64,000 nucleotides of DNA from Lutibacter sp. Lineage in GTDB: Bacteria > Bacteroidota > Bacteroidia > Flavobacteriales > Flavobacteriaceae. Each line of letters starts with the position of its first letter. Position 1 is the first letter of the stretch. The notes below the pieces were generated by a model that had not been told where the DNA came from, searched no databases, and was given only the letters and a program-made list of their open reading frames with translations. A program made the translations under genes and the position numbers. Of this stretch, positions 54,563 to 64,000 are shown one piece after another. The DNA lies in assembly GCF_041555395.1 (NCBI RefSeq), contig NZ_JBFFKM010000008.1, positions 936 through 64,935 on the forward strand. The letters are read 5' to 3'.

Positions 54563-57500
54563 TTGGCAACAAAAAAAATCACCGAAAGAATAAACTTCGC
54601 ATCAGCTAAATTGGTAATGGAATATCCTGATTTTTTAGATATTCAAGTAAAATCATTTCAAGATTTTTTTCAACTAAAAACCAAAGCTGACGAAAGAAGT
54701 ACCGAAGGATTATATAAAACCTTCCTCGACAACTTCCCAATTAGTGATACTCGCAACCAATTTGTGTTAGAGTTCGTGGACTACTTTGTAGATCCGCCTA
54801 GATATTCAATTCAAGAATGTATCGAAAGAGGTTTAACCTATTGCGTGCCTTTAAAAGCGCGTTTAAAACTCTATTGTACTGATCCTGAGCACGAAGATTT
54901 TGAAACAATTGTACAAGATGTTTATCTTGGTACAATTCCATACATGACACACAGTGGTACCTTTGTAATTAATGGTGCTGAAAGGGTTGTGGTTTCTCAA
55001 TTGCATCGTTCACCAGGGGTATTCTTTGGGCAGTCATTCCACGCAAATGGAACAAAATTATATTCAGCAAGGGTAATTCCTTTTAAAGGTTCTTGGATAG
55101 AATTTGCAACTGATATCAATCAAGTAATGTATGCTTATATTGATAGAAAGAAAAAATTGCCGGTAACCACTTTGTTCAGAGCTATTGGTTATGAAAGAGA
55201 TAAAGATATTTTGGAAATTTTTGATCTTGCAGAAGAAATTAAAGTTTCTAAAAGCGGACTTAAAAAATATATAGGCAGAAAACTGGCCGCACGTGTTTTA
55301 AAAACCTGGTTTGAAGATTTTGTTGATGAAGATACCGGCGAGGTTGTTTCTATAGAAAGAAATGAAATCGTATTGGACAGAGATACCATTTTAGAAAAAG
55401 ACCAAATAGAAGAAATTATTGAGTCAGGATCAAAAACAATCCTGCTTCATAAAGAAGATAATGAAATGGCTGATTATGCCATTATTCACAATACCTTACA
55501 AAAAGATCCAACAAACTCTGAAAAAGAAGCTGTTGAACATATTTACAGACAGTTGCGTAACGCTGAACCGCCTGATTTCGAAACTGCAAAAGGTATTATT
55601 GATAAATTATTCTTCTCAGAACAACGCTACAATTTAGGTGAAGTTGGACGTTACAGAATGAATAAAAAGTTAAACTTGAATGTTGATATTGATGCAAAAG
55701 TTTTAACTAAAGAAGATATTATTACCATTATCAAAAACTTGATAAAATTAGTCAATTCAAAAGCAGAAGTTGATGATATTGACCATTTATCAAACCGTCG
55801 TGTGCGTACTGTTGGCGAGCAATTGGCTAGCCAGTTTGGCGTTGGCCTTTCTCGTATGGCAAGAACCATTCGCGAACGTATGAATGTGCGTGATAATGAG
55901 GTTTTTACGCCAATTGATTTGATAAACGCAAAAACGTTGTCATCTGTAATCAATTCGTTTTTTGGGACAAACCAATTGTCTCAATTTATGGATCAGACCA
56001 ATCCATTGGCTGAGATTACGCATAAACGAAGATTATCAGCGCTAGGACCTGGAGGTTTATCCAGAGAAAGAGCAGGATTTGAGGTTCGTGACGTTCACTT
56101 TACACACTATGGCCGTTTATGTCCAATTGAAACTCCAGAGGGACCAAATATTGGGTTAATTTCATCTTTGGCGGTTTTTGCAAAAGTGAATAATCTAGGA
56201 TTTATTGAGACTCCTTACAGAAAGGTAACTAATGGTCAGGTTAATATTAATGATGAACCAGCTTATTTAAGTGCTGAAGAAGAAGAGGGAATGAAGTTTG
56301 CTCAATCAAATCTTCCTTTAGATAATGAAGGTAATTTTGTGAACGACAAAATAATTGTTCGTGAAGAAGCAGATTATCCTGTAGTTGAGCCGAAAGCGGT
56401 AAACTTTATGGATGTTGCTCCTAATCAAATTGCCTCAATCTCAGCTTCTTTAATTCCATTTTTGGAGCATGATGATGCAAACCGTGCCTTAATGGGATCG
56501 AATATGATGCGTCAGGCGGTTCCTTTAATCAGACCTGAAGCACCAATTGTTGGTACAGGTTTGGAGAGAAGAGTTGCAAAAGATTCACGTATTTTAATCA
56601 ATGCTGAAGGAGAAGGTACTGTTGAATATGTTGATGCCAACACCATTAAAATTAAATATGATAAAACTGATGAAGAGCGCATGGTTAGCTTCGAAAGCGA
56701 CAGTAAAACATACAATCTAATCAAGTTTAGAAAAACAAACCAAGGAACTTCAATCAATCTAAAACCTATTGTTAAAAAAGGAGACAGGGTTGAAGAAGGC
56801 CAGGTGCTTTGTGAAGGTTATGCCACACAAAACGGTGAATTGGCTTTGGGAAGAAATATGAAGGTGGCTTTTATGCCTTGGAAAGGATACAACTTTGAGG
56901 ATGCAATTGTTATTTCTGAAAAAGTGGTGAAAGAAGATATTTTCACTTCTATTCATATTGATGAATATTCAATGGATGTTAGAGATACAAAATTAGGTGC
57001 TGAAGAATTGACAAACGACATTCCAAATGTTTCTGAAGAAGCTACAAAAGATTTGGATGAAAATGGAATGATTCGTATTGGTGCAGAAGTAAAACCGGGA
57101 GATATTTTAATCGGTAAAATTACGCCTAAAGGAGAATCTGATCCAACACCTGAAGAGAAATTATTGAGAGCTATTTTTGGTGACAAAGCTGGCGACGTAA
57201 AAGATGCTTCATTAAAAGCTTCTCCATCATTGCGTGGGGTAGTTATTGATAAAAAGTTATTTGAGCGTGCTGTAAAAGACAAGTCTAAAAGAGCTAAAGA
57301 TAAAATCAGTATTAGCAATTTAGAGCACAAGTATACTGCAAAATTAGAAGATTTACGTACTGTTTTAACCGAAAAATTATTCAACTTAATCAGTGGAAAA
57401 ACTTCTCAGGGAGTGATGAACGATTTGGGAGAAGAAATTCTTCAAAAAGGTAAAAAGTTTACGTTAAAAATGCTAAACGCAGTTCCTGATTTTGTTTATT

Positions 57501-58378
57501 TAACTAGGGGAGTTTGGACTACAGATGACCATATTAATATGCTTGTGAATGAATTGATTCACAATTACAAAATCAAAGTAAATGATTTACAAGGATCTTT
57601 ACGTCGTGAGAAATTTACGGTTTCAGTGGGTGATGAATTGCCTGCAGGAATTTTAAAACTTGCCAAAATTTACATCGCTAAAAAACGTAAGTTAAAAGTG
57701 GGTGATAAAATGGCCGGACGTCATGGTAATAAAGGTATTGTTGCCCGTATCGTTCGTCAGGAAGACATGCCGTTCTTAGAAGATGGAACTCCGGTTGATA
57801 TTGTGTTGAACCCGCTTGGTGTGCCTTCACGTATGAATATTGGACAAATCTATGAAACGGTTCTTGGATGGGCTGGTCAGAAACTTGACAAGAAATTTGC
57901 AACACCAATTTTTGATGGCGCTAAAATTGACCAGATTAATCAGTTAATTGAAGATGCCGGAATTCCAAAACATGGCCATACGTACTTATATGATGGAGGT
58001 ACAGGAGAACGTTTTGACCAACCTGCAACAGTAGGCGTTATTTATATGATCAAATTAGGCCATATGATTGATGACAAAATGCACGCACGTTCAATTGGAC
58101 CATATTCATTAATTACACAACAGCCATTGGGTGGTAAAGCACAATTTGGAGGTCAGCGTTTTGGTGAGATGGAGGTTTGGGCACTTGAAGCTTATGGAGC
58201 ATCAAGTACCTTGCGTGAAATCTTAACAGTAAAATCTGATGATGTTTTGGGTAGAGCCAAAACTTACGAGGCTATTGTAAAAGGTGATGATATGCCAGAA
58301 CCAGGATTGCCAGAATCATTTAACGTATTAATGCACGAACTAAGAGGTCTTGGATTGGACGTTAGATTAGAGGAATAA
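54563..58378 (+). CDS. rpoB: RNA polymerase beta subunit (TTG start)
   Basis: [50 protein letters not shown]. Confidence 0.99.
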   Translation: MATKKITERINFASAKLVMEYPDFLDIQVKSFQDFFQLKTKADERSTEGLYKTFLDNFPISDTRNQFVLEFVDYFVDPPRYSIQECIERGLTYCVPLKARLKLYCTDPEHEDFETIVQDVYLGTIPYMTHSGTFVINGAERVVVSQLHRSPGVFFGQSFHANGTKLYSARVIPFKGSWIEFATDINQVMYAYIDRKKKLPVTTLFRAIGYERDKDILEIFDLAEEIKVSKSGLKKYIGRKLAARVLKTWFEDFVDEDTGEVVSIERNEIVLDRDTILEKDQIEEIIESGSKTILLHKEDNEMADYAIIHNTLQKDPTNSEKEAVEHIYRQLRNAEPPDFETAKGIIDKLFFSEQRYNLGEVGRYRMNKKLNLNVDIDAKVLTKEDIITIIKNLIKLVNSKAEVDDIDHLSNRRVRTVGEQLASQFGVGLSRMARTIRERMNVRDNEVFTPIDLINAKTLSSVINSFFGTNQLSQFMDQTNPLAEITHKRRLSALGPGGLSRERAGFEVRDVHFTHYGRLCPIETPEGPNIGLISSLAVFAKVNNLGFIETPYRKVTNGQVNINDEPAYLSAEEEEGMKFAQSNLPLDNEGNFVNDKIIVREEADYPVVEPKAVNFMDVAPNQIASISASLIPFLEHDDANRALMGSNMMRQAVPLIRPEAPIVGTGLERRVAKDSRILINAEGEGTVEYVDANTIKIKYDKTDEERMVSFESDSKTYNLIKFRKTNQGTSINLKPIVKKGDRVEEGQVLCEGYATQNGELALGRNMKVAFMPWKGYNFEDAIVISEKVVKEDIFTSIHIDEYSMDVRDTKLGAEELTNDIPNVSEEATKDLDENGMIRIGAEVKPGDILIGKITPKGESDPTPEEKLLRAIFGDKAGDVKDASLKASPSLRGVVIDKKLFERAVKDKSKRAKDKISISNLEHKYTAKLEDLRTVLTEKLFNLISGKTSQGVMNDLGEEILQKGKKFTLKMLNAVPDFVYLTRGVWTTDDHINMLVNELIHNYKIKVNDLQGSLRREKFTVSVGDELPAGILKLAKIYIAKKRKLKVGDKMAGRHGNKGIVARIVRQEDMPFLEDGTPVDIVLNPLGVPSRMNIGQIYETVLGWAGQKLDKKFATPIFDGAKIDQINQLIEDAGIPKHGHTYLYDGGTGERFDQPATVGVIYMIKLGHMIDDKMHARSIGPYSLITQQPLGGKAQFGGQRFGEMEVWALEAYGASSTLREILTVKSDDVLGRAKTYEAIVKGDDMPEPGLPESFNVLMHELRGLGLDVRLEE

Positions 58379-58387
58379 CAAAAAATG

Positions 58388-58419
58388 ATAGTCAGGAGGC
58401 ACCATTGTTTCCTGACTAT
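58388..58419 (+). other. Hairpin in rpoB-rpoC spacer
   Basis: ATAGTCAGGA-(12 nt)-TCCTGACTAT. Confidence 0.6.
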
Positions 58420-58467
58420 TCAATAATATTTTTACATTTTTAAATTCGAATCCATTATTAACATATT

Positions 58468-61400
58468 ATGGCCAGAAAAACCGATAATAAATACACTGTA
58501 AAAAAATTCAATAAAATTTCTATTGGATTGGCGTCTCCAGAAGTGATTCTTGAGAAATCAAATGGAGAAGTTTTAAAGCCGGAAACTATCAATTACCGAA
58601 CTCACAAACCTGAAAGAGATGGATTGTTTTGTGAGCGAATTTTTGGACCAATAAAAGATTTTGAATGTGCTTGCGGAAAGTACAAGAGAATTCGCTATAA
58701 AGGAATAGTTTGTGACCGTTGCGGCGTTGAAGTAACTGAGAAAAAAGTTCGTAGAGATAGAGTAGGACACATTAATTTGGTTGTTCCTGTTGCTCATATC
58801 TGGTATTTTAGATCATTGCCTAACAAAATGGGTTACCTTTTAGGGTTGCCTTCAAAAAAGTTAGACATGATTATTTACTACGAACGTTATGTAGTCATTC
58901 AACCTGCCGGAGCTTCAAATGCTGCCGGAGAACCATTGCAAAAAATGGATTTCTTAACGGAAGAAGAATACTTGGATATTCTTGAATCATTTCCTGTTGA
59001 AAATAGATATTTAGACGACAATGACCCAGAAAAGTTCATCGCTAAAATGGGTGCTGAGTGTTTAATTGATTTATTTAACCGTATCAATTTAGATGAATTG
59101 TCTTATGAACTTCGTCATAAAGCAAACACAGAAACATCTAAACAACGTAAAACAGAAGCATTAAAAAGACTAAACGTAGTTGAGGCTTTTAGAGATGCAG
59201 GCAAAAACAGAGAGAATCGTCCGGAATGGATGATCATGAAAGTGATTCCTGTGACACCACCAGAATTACGTCCGTTGGTGCCGTTGGATGGTGGCCGTTT
59301 TGCCACTTCCGATTTAAATGATTTATACCGAAGAGTTATTATAAGAAACAATCGTTTAAAAAGATTGGTTGAAATAAAAGCTCCTGAGGTAATTTTACGT
59401 AATGAAAAACGTATGTTACAGGAATCTGTGGATTCATTATTTGACAACACGCGTAAATCTTCAGCAGTAAAAACAGAATCAAACCGTCCGTTAAAATCAT
59501 TATCAGATTCCTTAAAAGGTAAGCAAGGACGTTTCCGTCAAAACTTATTGGGGAAACGTGTTGATTATTCTGCACGTTCTGTAATTGTTGTTGGACCAGA
59601 ATTAAAATTATTCGAATGCGGATTGCCAAAAGATATGGCAGCTGAATTGTACAAGCCATTTGTTATCAGAAAATTGATTGAAAGAGGTATTGTAAAAACA
59701 GTAAAATCTGCAAAGAAAATTATAGATAAAAGAGAACCGGTTGTATGGGATATTTTAGAAAATGTTTTAAAAGGACATCCTGTATTGCTGAACCGTGCTC
59801 CTACATTACACCGTTTGGGTATTCAGGCTTTTCAACCAAAATTAATTGAAGGAAAAGCAATTCAGTTACACCCACTGGTTTGTACTGCATTTAATGCCGA
59901 TTTTGATGGTGACCAAATGGCAGTACATTTACCATTAGGCCCTGAAGCTATTTTAGAATGTCAATTATTGATGTTAGCATCACATAATATTTTAAATCCG
60001 GCAAACGGAGCCCCTATTACAGTGCCTTCTCAAGACATGGTTTTGGGATTGTATTATATGACCAAAGAAAGAAAATCAACTCCTGAGCGTAAAGTAAAAG
60101 GAGAAGGATTGACTTTTTATTCTCCTGAAGAAGTAACCATTGCATTCAACGAAAAAGCAGTTGAACTTAATGCGGTTATTAAAGTTAGAACAAAAGATTT
60201 TAATGCAGAAGGGGAATTGGTTTCACAAATAATTGAAACAACTGTTGGAAGGGTTTTATTTAATGAAGTAGTTCCTGAGAAAGCAGGTTATGTCAATGAA
60301 GTATTAAATAAGAAAAACTTACGAGATATTATTGGGCAAGTTCTGAAAATGACAGATGTGCCAACAACCGGAAAATTCCTTGATGATATGAAGGATATGG
60401 GATACAAATTTGCATTCCGTGGAGGCTTATCATTCAGTTTGGGAGATATTATTATCCCGCCGGAAAAAGTTCAAATGATTGCGAATGCAAATGAACAGGT
60501 TGACGCTATTAGAGCAAACTATAATATGGGTATGCTAACGAATAAAGAGCGTTACAATCAGGTAATTGATATTTGGGGTTCTACAAACAACCGTTTAACT
60601 GAACTTTCAATGAAACGTTTGCGTGAAGACCAACAAGGATTTAACTCTGTGTTTATGATGCTAGATTCTGGTGCAAGGGGTTCTAAAGAACAAATTCGCC
60701 AGTTAACAGGTATGCGTGGATTAATGGCGAAACCTAAAAAATCTTCATCAGGTGGAGGAGAAATTATTGAAAATCCAATTTTGTCAAACTTTAAAGAAGG
60801 TTTGTCAATTCTTGAATACTTTATTTCTACACACGGTGCACGTAAAGGTTTGGCGGATACGGCATTAAAAACAGCCGATGCGGGTTACTTAACACGTCGT
60901 TTGGTTGATGTTTCGCAAGATGTGATTATTAATGAAGTAGATTGCGGTACTTTAAGAGGTTTATTTGTTGAACCACTTAAAAAGAATGATGAGATTGTTG
61001 AATCATTAAGTGAAAGACTTGATGGTCGTGTATCATTGCATGACGTTTCAGATCCTATCACTGACGAGTTATTTATAAAATCAGGAGAAGAAATTTCTAC
61101 TGAAATTGCCAAACGTATCGAAAATTCATCTCTTGATGGCGTTGAAGTTCGTTCTGCTTTAACTTGTGAATCCAAAAAAGGTATTTGCGCTAAATGTTAC
61201 GGGCATAGCTTATCAACAAGAAAAATGGTGCAAATTGGAGAAGCAGTAGGCGTTGTTGCGGCACAGTCAATTGGGGAACCAGGTACACAGTTAACATTGA
61301 GAACATTCCACGTTGGAGGGGTTGCAGGAAATATTTCAGAAGAAAATAGTTTAATTGCAAGACTTTCAGGAACAGCTTCAATAGATGACTTAAAAACCGT

Positions 61401-62745
61401 TGAAGGTAAAGACAATGAAGGAAATGCAATTAACATTGTAATTTCAAGAACATCTGAAATTAAAGTTGTTGACGATAAAACCGGATTAACCTTAAGCACA
61501 AACAACATTCCTTATGGATCTACCATTTTTATAAAAGATGGTGAAAAAATTAAAAGAGGTGATGTTATTTGTAAATGGGATCCATTTAACGGTGTTATCG
61601 TTTCTGAATTTGCAGGTAAAATTGAATTCGATAATGTGGAGAAAGGAGTTAACTACCTTGTTGAAATAGATGAACAAACTGGTTTTCAGGAAAAAGTAAT
61701 TATTGAATCTAAAAGCAAAAAAACAATACCAACGTTATTGCTAAAAGATAAAAAGGACAACGTACTAAGATCATACAACCTGCCTTTAGGTGCCCATTTA
61801 ATTGTAGAAGATGGTGAGAAAATACCTGAAGGTAAAATAATTGTTAAAATTCCACGTAAATCTGGTAAAGCAGGTGATATTACAGGAGGTTTACCACGTG
61901 TAACCGAATTATTTGAAGCGCGTAATCCATCAAATCCAGCAGTAGTTTCGGAAATTGACGGTGTTGTTTCTTTCGGAAAAATTAAACGAGGTAACCGTGA
62001 AATAGTTGTTGAGTCTAAATTGGGAGATGTTAAAAGGTATTTAATCAAGCTTTCAAACCAAATTTTAGTTCAGGAAAACGATTATATAAAAGCAGGAATG
62101 CAACTTTCTGAAGGTGCAACTGCACCGGATGACATCTTAAATATTCAAGGACCGTCAAAAGTTCAGGAATATTTGGTGAATGAAATTCAGGAGGTTTACC
62201 GTTTGCAAGGGGTGAAAATTAACGACAAACATTTTGAAGTGGTTGTTCGCCAAATGATGCGTAAAGTAAAAATTATTGATTCTGGAGATACCTTATTCTT
62301 AGAAAATCAATTGGTGCATAAAAACGACTTCTTTGAAGTAAATGATGAAATTTACGGATTGAAAGTTGTGGAAAATGCAGGTGATTCAGATGTTTTAAAA
62401 GAAGGACAAATTATTACTCCTCGCCAATTACGTGATGAAAACTCCGTATTGCGCAGAGAAGATAAAAATTTGGTGGAAGCAAGAGATTCAAACCCGGCAA
62501 CGGCTGAACAAATTTTGCAAGGAATTACAAGAGCATCATTACAAACGAAATCATTTATTTCTGCTGCATCATTCCAAGAAACAACAAAAGTATTGAATGA
62601 AGCTGCAGTTAGCGGTAAAATTGATTACTTGGAAGGTTTAAAAGAAAATGTTATTGTTGGAAAACGTATTCCGGCAGGAACAGGAATGAAACAATATGAT
62701 AATATTATTGTTGGGCCAATGGATGAAATGATGTCAAAAATTTAG
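58468..62745 (+). CDS. rpoC: RNA polymerase beta' subunit
   Basis: Zinc ribbon CACGKYK...CDRCG, NADFDGD catalytic motif, GEPGTQLT. Confidence 0.99.
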   Translation: MARKTDNKYTVKKFNKISIGLASPEVILEKSNGEVLKPETINYRTHKPERDGLFCERIFGPIKDFECACGKYKRIRYKGIVCDRCGVEVTEKKVRRDRVGHINLVVPVAHIWYFRSLPNKMGYLLGLPSKKLDMIIYYERYVVIQPAGASNAAGEPLQKMDFLTEEEYLDILESFPVENRYLDDNDPEKFIAKMGAECLIDLFNRINLDELSYELRHKANTETSKQRKTEALKRLNVVEAFRDAGKNRENRPEWMIMKVIPVTPPELRPLVPLDGGRFATSDLNDLYRRVIIRNNRLKRLVEIKAPEVILRNEKRMLQESVDSLFDNTRKSSAVKTESNRPLKSLSDSLKGKQGRFRQNLLGKRVDYSARSVIVVGPELKLFECGLPKDMAAELYKPFVIRKLIERGIVKTVKSAKKIIDKREPVVWDILENVLKGHPVLLNRAPTLHRLGIQAFQPKLIEGKAIQLHPLVCTAFNADFDGDQMAVHLPLGPEAILECQLLMLASHNILNPANGAPITVPSQDMVLGLYYMTKERKSTPERKVKGEGLTFYSPEEVTIAFNEKAVELNAVIKVRTKDFNAEGELVSQIIETTVGRVLFNEVVPEKAGYVNEVLNKKNLRDIIGQVLKMTDVPTTGKFLDDMKDMGYKFAFRGGLSFSLGDIIIPPEKVQMIANANEQVDAIRANYNMGMLTNKERYNQVIDIWGSTNNRLTELSMKRLREDQQGFNSVFMMLDSGARGSKEQIRQLTGMRGLMAKPKKSSSGGGEIIENPILSNFKEGLSILEYFISTHGARKGLADTALKTADAGYLTRRLVDVSQDVIINEVDCGTLRGLFVEPLKKNDEIVESLSERLDGRVSLHDVSDPITDELFIKSGEEISTEIAKRIENSSLDGVEVRSALTCESKKGICAKCYGHSLSTRKMVQIGEAVGVVAAQSIGEPGTQLTLRTFHVGGVAGNISEENSLIARLSGTASIDDLKTVEGKDNEGNAINIVISRTSEIKVVDDKTGLTLSTNNIPYGSTIFIKDGEKIKRGDVICKWDPFNGVIVSEFAGKIEFDNVEKGVNYLVEIDEQTGFQEKVIIESKSKKTIPTLLLKDKKDNVLRSYNLPLGAHLIVEDGEKIPEGKIIVKIPRKSGKAGDITGGLPRVTELFEARNPSNPAVVSEIDGVVSFGKIKRGNREIVVESKLGDVKRYLIKLSNQILVQENDYIKAGMQLSEGATAPDDILNIQGPSKVQEYLVNEIQEVYRLQGVKINDKHFEVVVRQMMRKVKIIDSGDTLFLENQLVHKNDFFEVNDEIYGLKVVENAGDSDVLKEGQIITPRQLRDENSVLRREDKNLVEARDSNPATAEQILQGITRASLQTKSFISAASFQETTKVLNEAAVSGKIDYLEGLKENVIVGKRIPAGTGMKQYDNIIVGPMDEMMSKI

Positions 62746-62747
62746 TT

Positions 62748-63062
62748 ATGAGCGATCAAAAACCTAATGAGGAAGGGAAAATAAATATTGAGATGGACGA
62801 TAAAACTGCTGAAGGAATTTATTCTAATTTGGCAATTATCAATCATTCAGTTTCAGAATTTGTTGTTGATTTTATAAGTGTAATGCCCGGGCAACCAAAG
62901 GCTAAAGTAAAATCAAGGATTATTTTAACTCCGCAACATGCAAAACGTTTGGTAAAAGCGCTTGCAGATAATGTTCATAGGTTTGAGAAAAGTCATGGTG
63001 ACATAAAGGATTATGACCAACCAACAATCCCATTAAATTTTGGGCCCACGGGAGAAGCATAA
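62748..63062 (+). CDS. DUF3467 family protein
   Basis: GIYSNLAIINHS..EFVVDF, RIILTPQHAKRL; directly after rpoC. Confidence 0.85.
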   Translation: MSDQKPNEEGKINIEMDDKTAEGIYSNLAIINHSVSEFVVDFISVMPGQPKAKVKSRIILTPQHAKRLVKALADNVHRFEKSHGDIKDYDQPTIPLNFGPTGEA

Positions 63063-63069
63063 AAAGTAA

Positions 63070-63103
63070 AAAAAAAGGCCAAACGAAAGTTTGGCCTTTT
63101 TTT
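63070..63103. terminator. Intrinsic terminator of rpoBC operon
   Basis: A7-GGCCAAAC-GAAA-GTTTGGCC-T7. Confidence 0.92.
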
Positions 63104-63170
63104 ATTATTTCACTTTCTTTTTAATTACATTTTAATAGATTTGCCAACTACTAACAATGAATCTATTTTA

Positions 63171-64000
63171 ATGAAAATATATTACAGCCTATTGTTGGCC
63201 CTGTCAATTTTAAGCACTTCAGTAAATGCTCAAAAGGATACCATTAAATTAAAAGAAATTGAAGTTTCTTCAAACAGAATATCCTTGCCTTTTTCTAAAA
63301 CTTCACGCACCATAACGATTTTAACGAACGATGATATTGTCAAATCAGCAGCAACAAACCTGTCCGATATGCTGCAAAATGTTGCAGGAGTTGATATCAG
63401 AAGAAGAGGAATTGACGGAATGCAGTCGGACTTATACATAAGAGGCGGAAATTTCGATCAGACATTGTTATTGATTGATGGCGTAAAAATGGATGATGCG
63501 CAAACGGGACATCATACAATGAACGCTATTCTGTCTTTGGAAAACATAGAAAGAATTGAAATTATAAAGGGGCCTGCAGCACGTATTTACGGACAAAATG
63601 CCTTTACAGGCGCCATAAATATTGTCACAAAATCTGTAACCGAAAATAGGACAGCCATTAATTTAAATTATGGTTCCTATAACAATAAAAAAGGAGAGGT
63701 TTCTTTGGCGCACAAATTTAAAGAAGTTGCTATTTTGGCTTCGGCTGGTTATCAGGAATCGGATGGATACAGATTTAATACGGATTTTGAAAACGTTTCT
63801 GCTTTTTTAAAATCCAATTTTAAAAATTATAGTTTAATCACTTCTTTTGGACAGCGTAAATTTGGTGCAAACGGCTTTTATGCGAGCCCTGCTTATAAAG
63901 ATCAATATGAAGAAACCCAAACTAGTTTGGTGGCACTTTCTTCTAATTATGTTGCTGGAGAAACCACTGTTAAACCAAGAATTTATTGGAGAAGAAATGA
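63171..64000 (+). CDS. TonB-dependent receptor (plug + start of barrel), truncated by window edge
   Basis: Manual translation MKIYYSLLLALSILSTSVNAQ...LQNVAGVDIRRRG...YIRGGNFDQTLLLIDG...IERIEIIKGPAARIYGQNAFTGAINIVT; -7 element TAGATTTG at 63136-63143. Confidence 0.9.
   Translation, partial: MKIYYSLLLALSILSTSVNAQKDTIKLKEIEVSSNRISLPFSKTSRTITILTNDDIVKSAATNLSDMLQNVAGVDIRRRGIDGMQSDLYIRGGNFDQTLLLIDGVKMDDAQTGHHTMNAILSLENIERIEIIKGPAARIYGQNAFTGAINIVTKSVTENRTAINLNYGSYNNKKGEVSLAHKFKEVAILASAGYQESDGYRFNTDFENVSAFLKSNFKNYSLITSFGQRKFGANGFYASPAYKDQYEETQTSLVALSSNYVAGETTVKPRIYWRRN

Overview
AT-rich core chromosomal segment of a Flavobacteriaceae (Bacteroidota) genome. This is inferred from gene order (rpsU-xerC-hpf-tRNAs-tuf-tRNA-Trp-secE-nusG-rplKAJL-rpoBC-DUF3467), many TAnnTTTG promoter elements and a Shine-Dalgarno before rpsU. 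It holds housekeeping genes (ftsH, rsfS, birA, pyrE, topB, coaD, ddl, rluD-like, yaaA, sdaA, dnaK, uvrA) and five tRNAs. Metabolic content includes a molybdo-hydroxylase cluster (IorA/IorB-like, XdhC, MocA-like), a polyamine operon (speA-speB-deoxyhypusine-synthase-like) and a four-gene 2-oxoacid:ferredoxin oxidoreductase operon next to a fused E1 alpha/beta 2-oxoacid dehydrogenase. I saw no prophage, IS transposase, CRISPR array or rRNA. Best candidate for something undescribed: an 88-bp unit with no terminal inverted repeats, present twice (about 93% identical), at the start codons of ddl and coaD and bounded by ATGAAA direct repeats. One copy encodes a 27-aa peptide translationally coupled to ddl. 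Other notable items: an AGCS amino-acid symporter fused to a SprB repeat and a lysine-less lipoyl-like domain, interlocked promoters inside pyrE/NUDIX, a REP-like repeat translated within topB, an FNR-like box at about -41.5 of the oxidoreductase operon, a sigma54-like dnaK promoter and an M1 pseudo-peptidase. All calls come from reading and motif recognition; no database searches were run.
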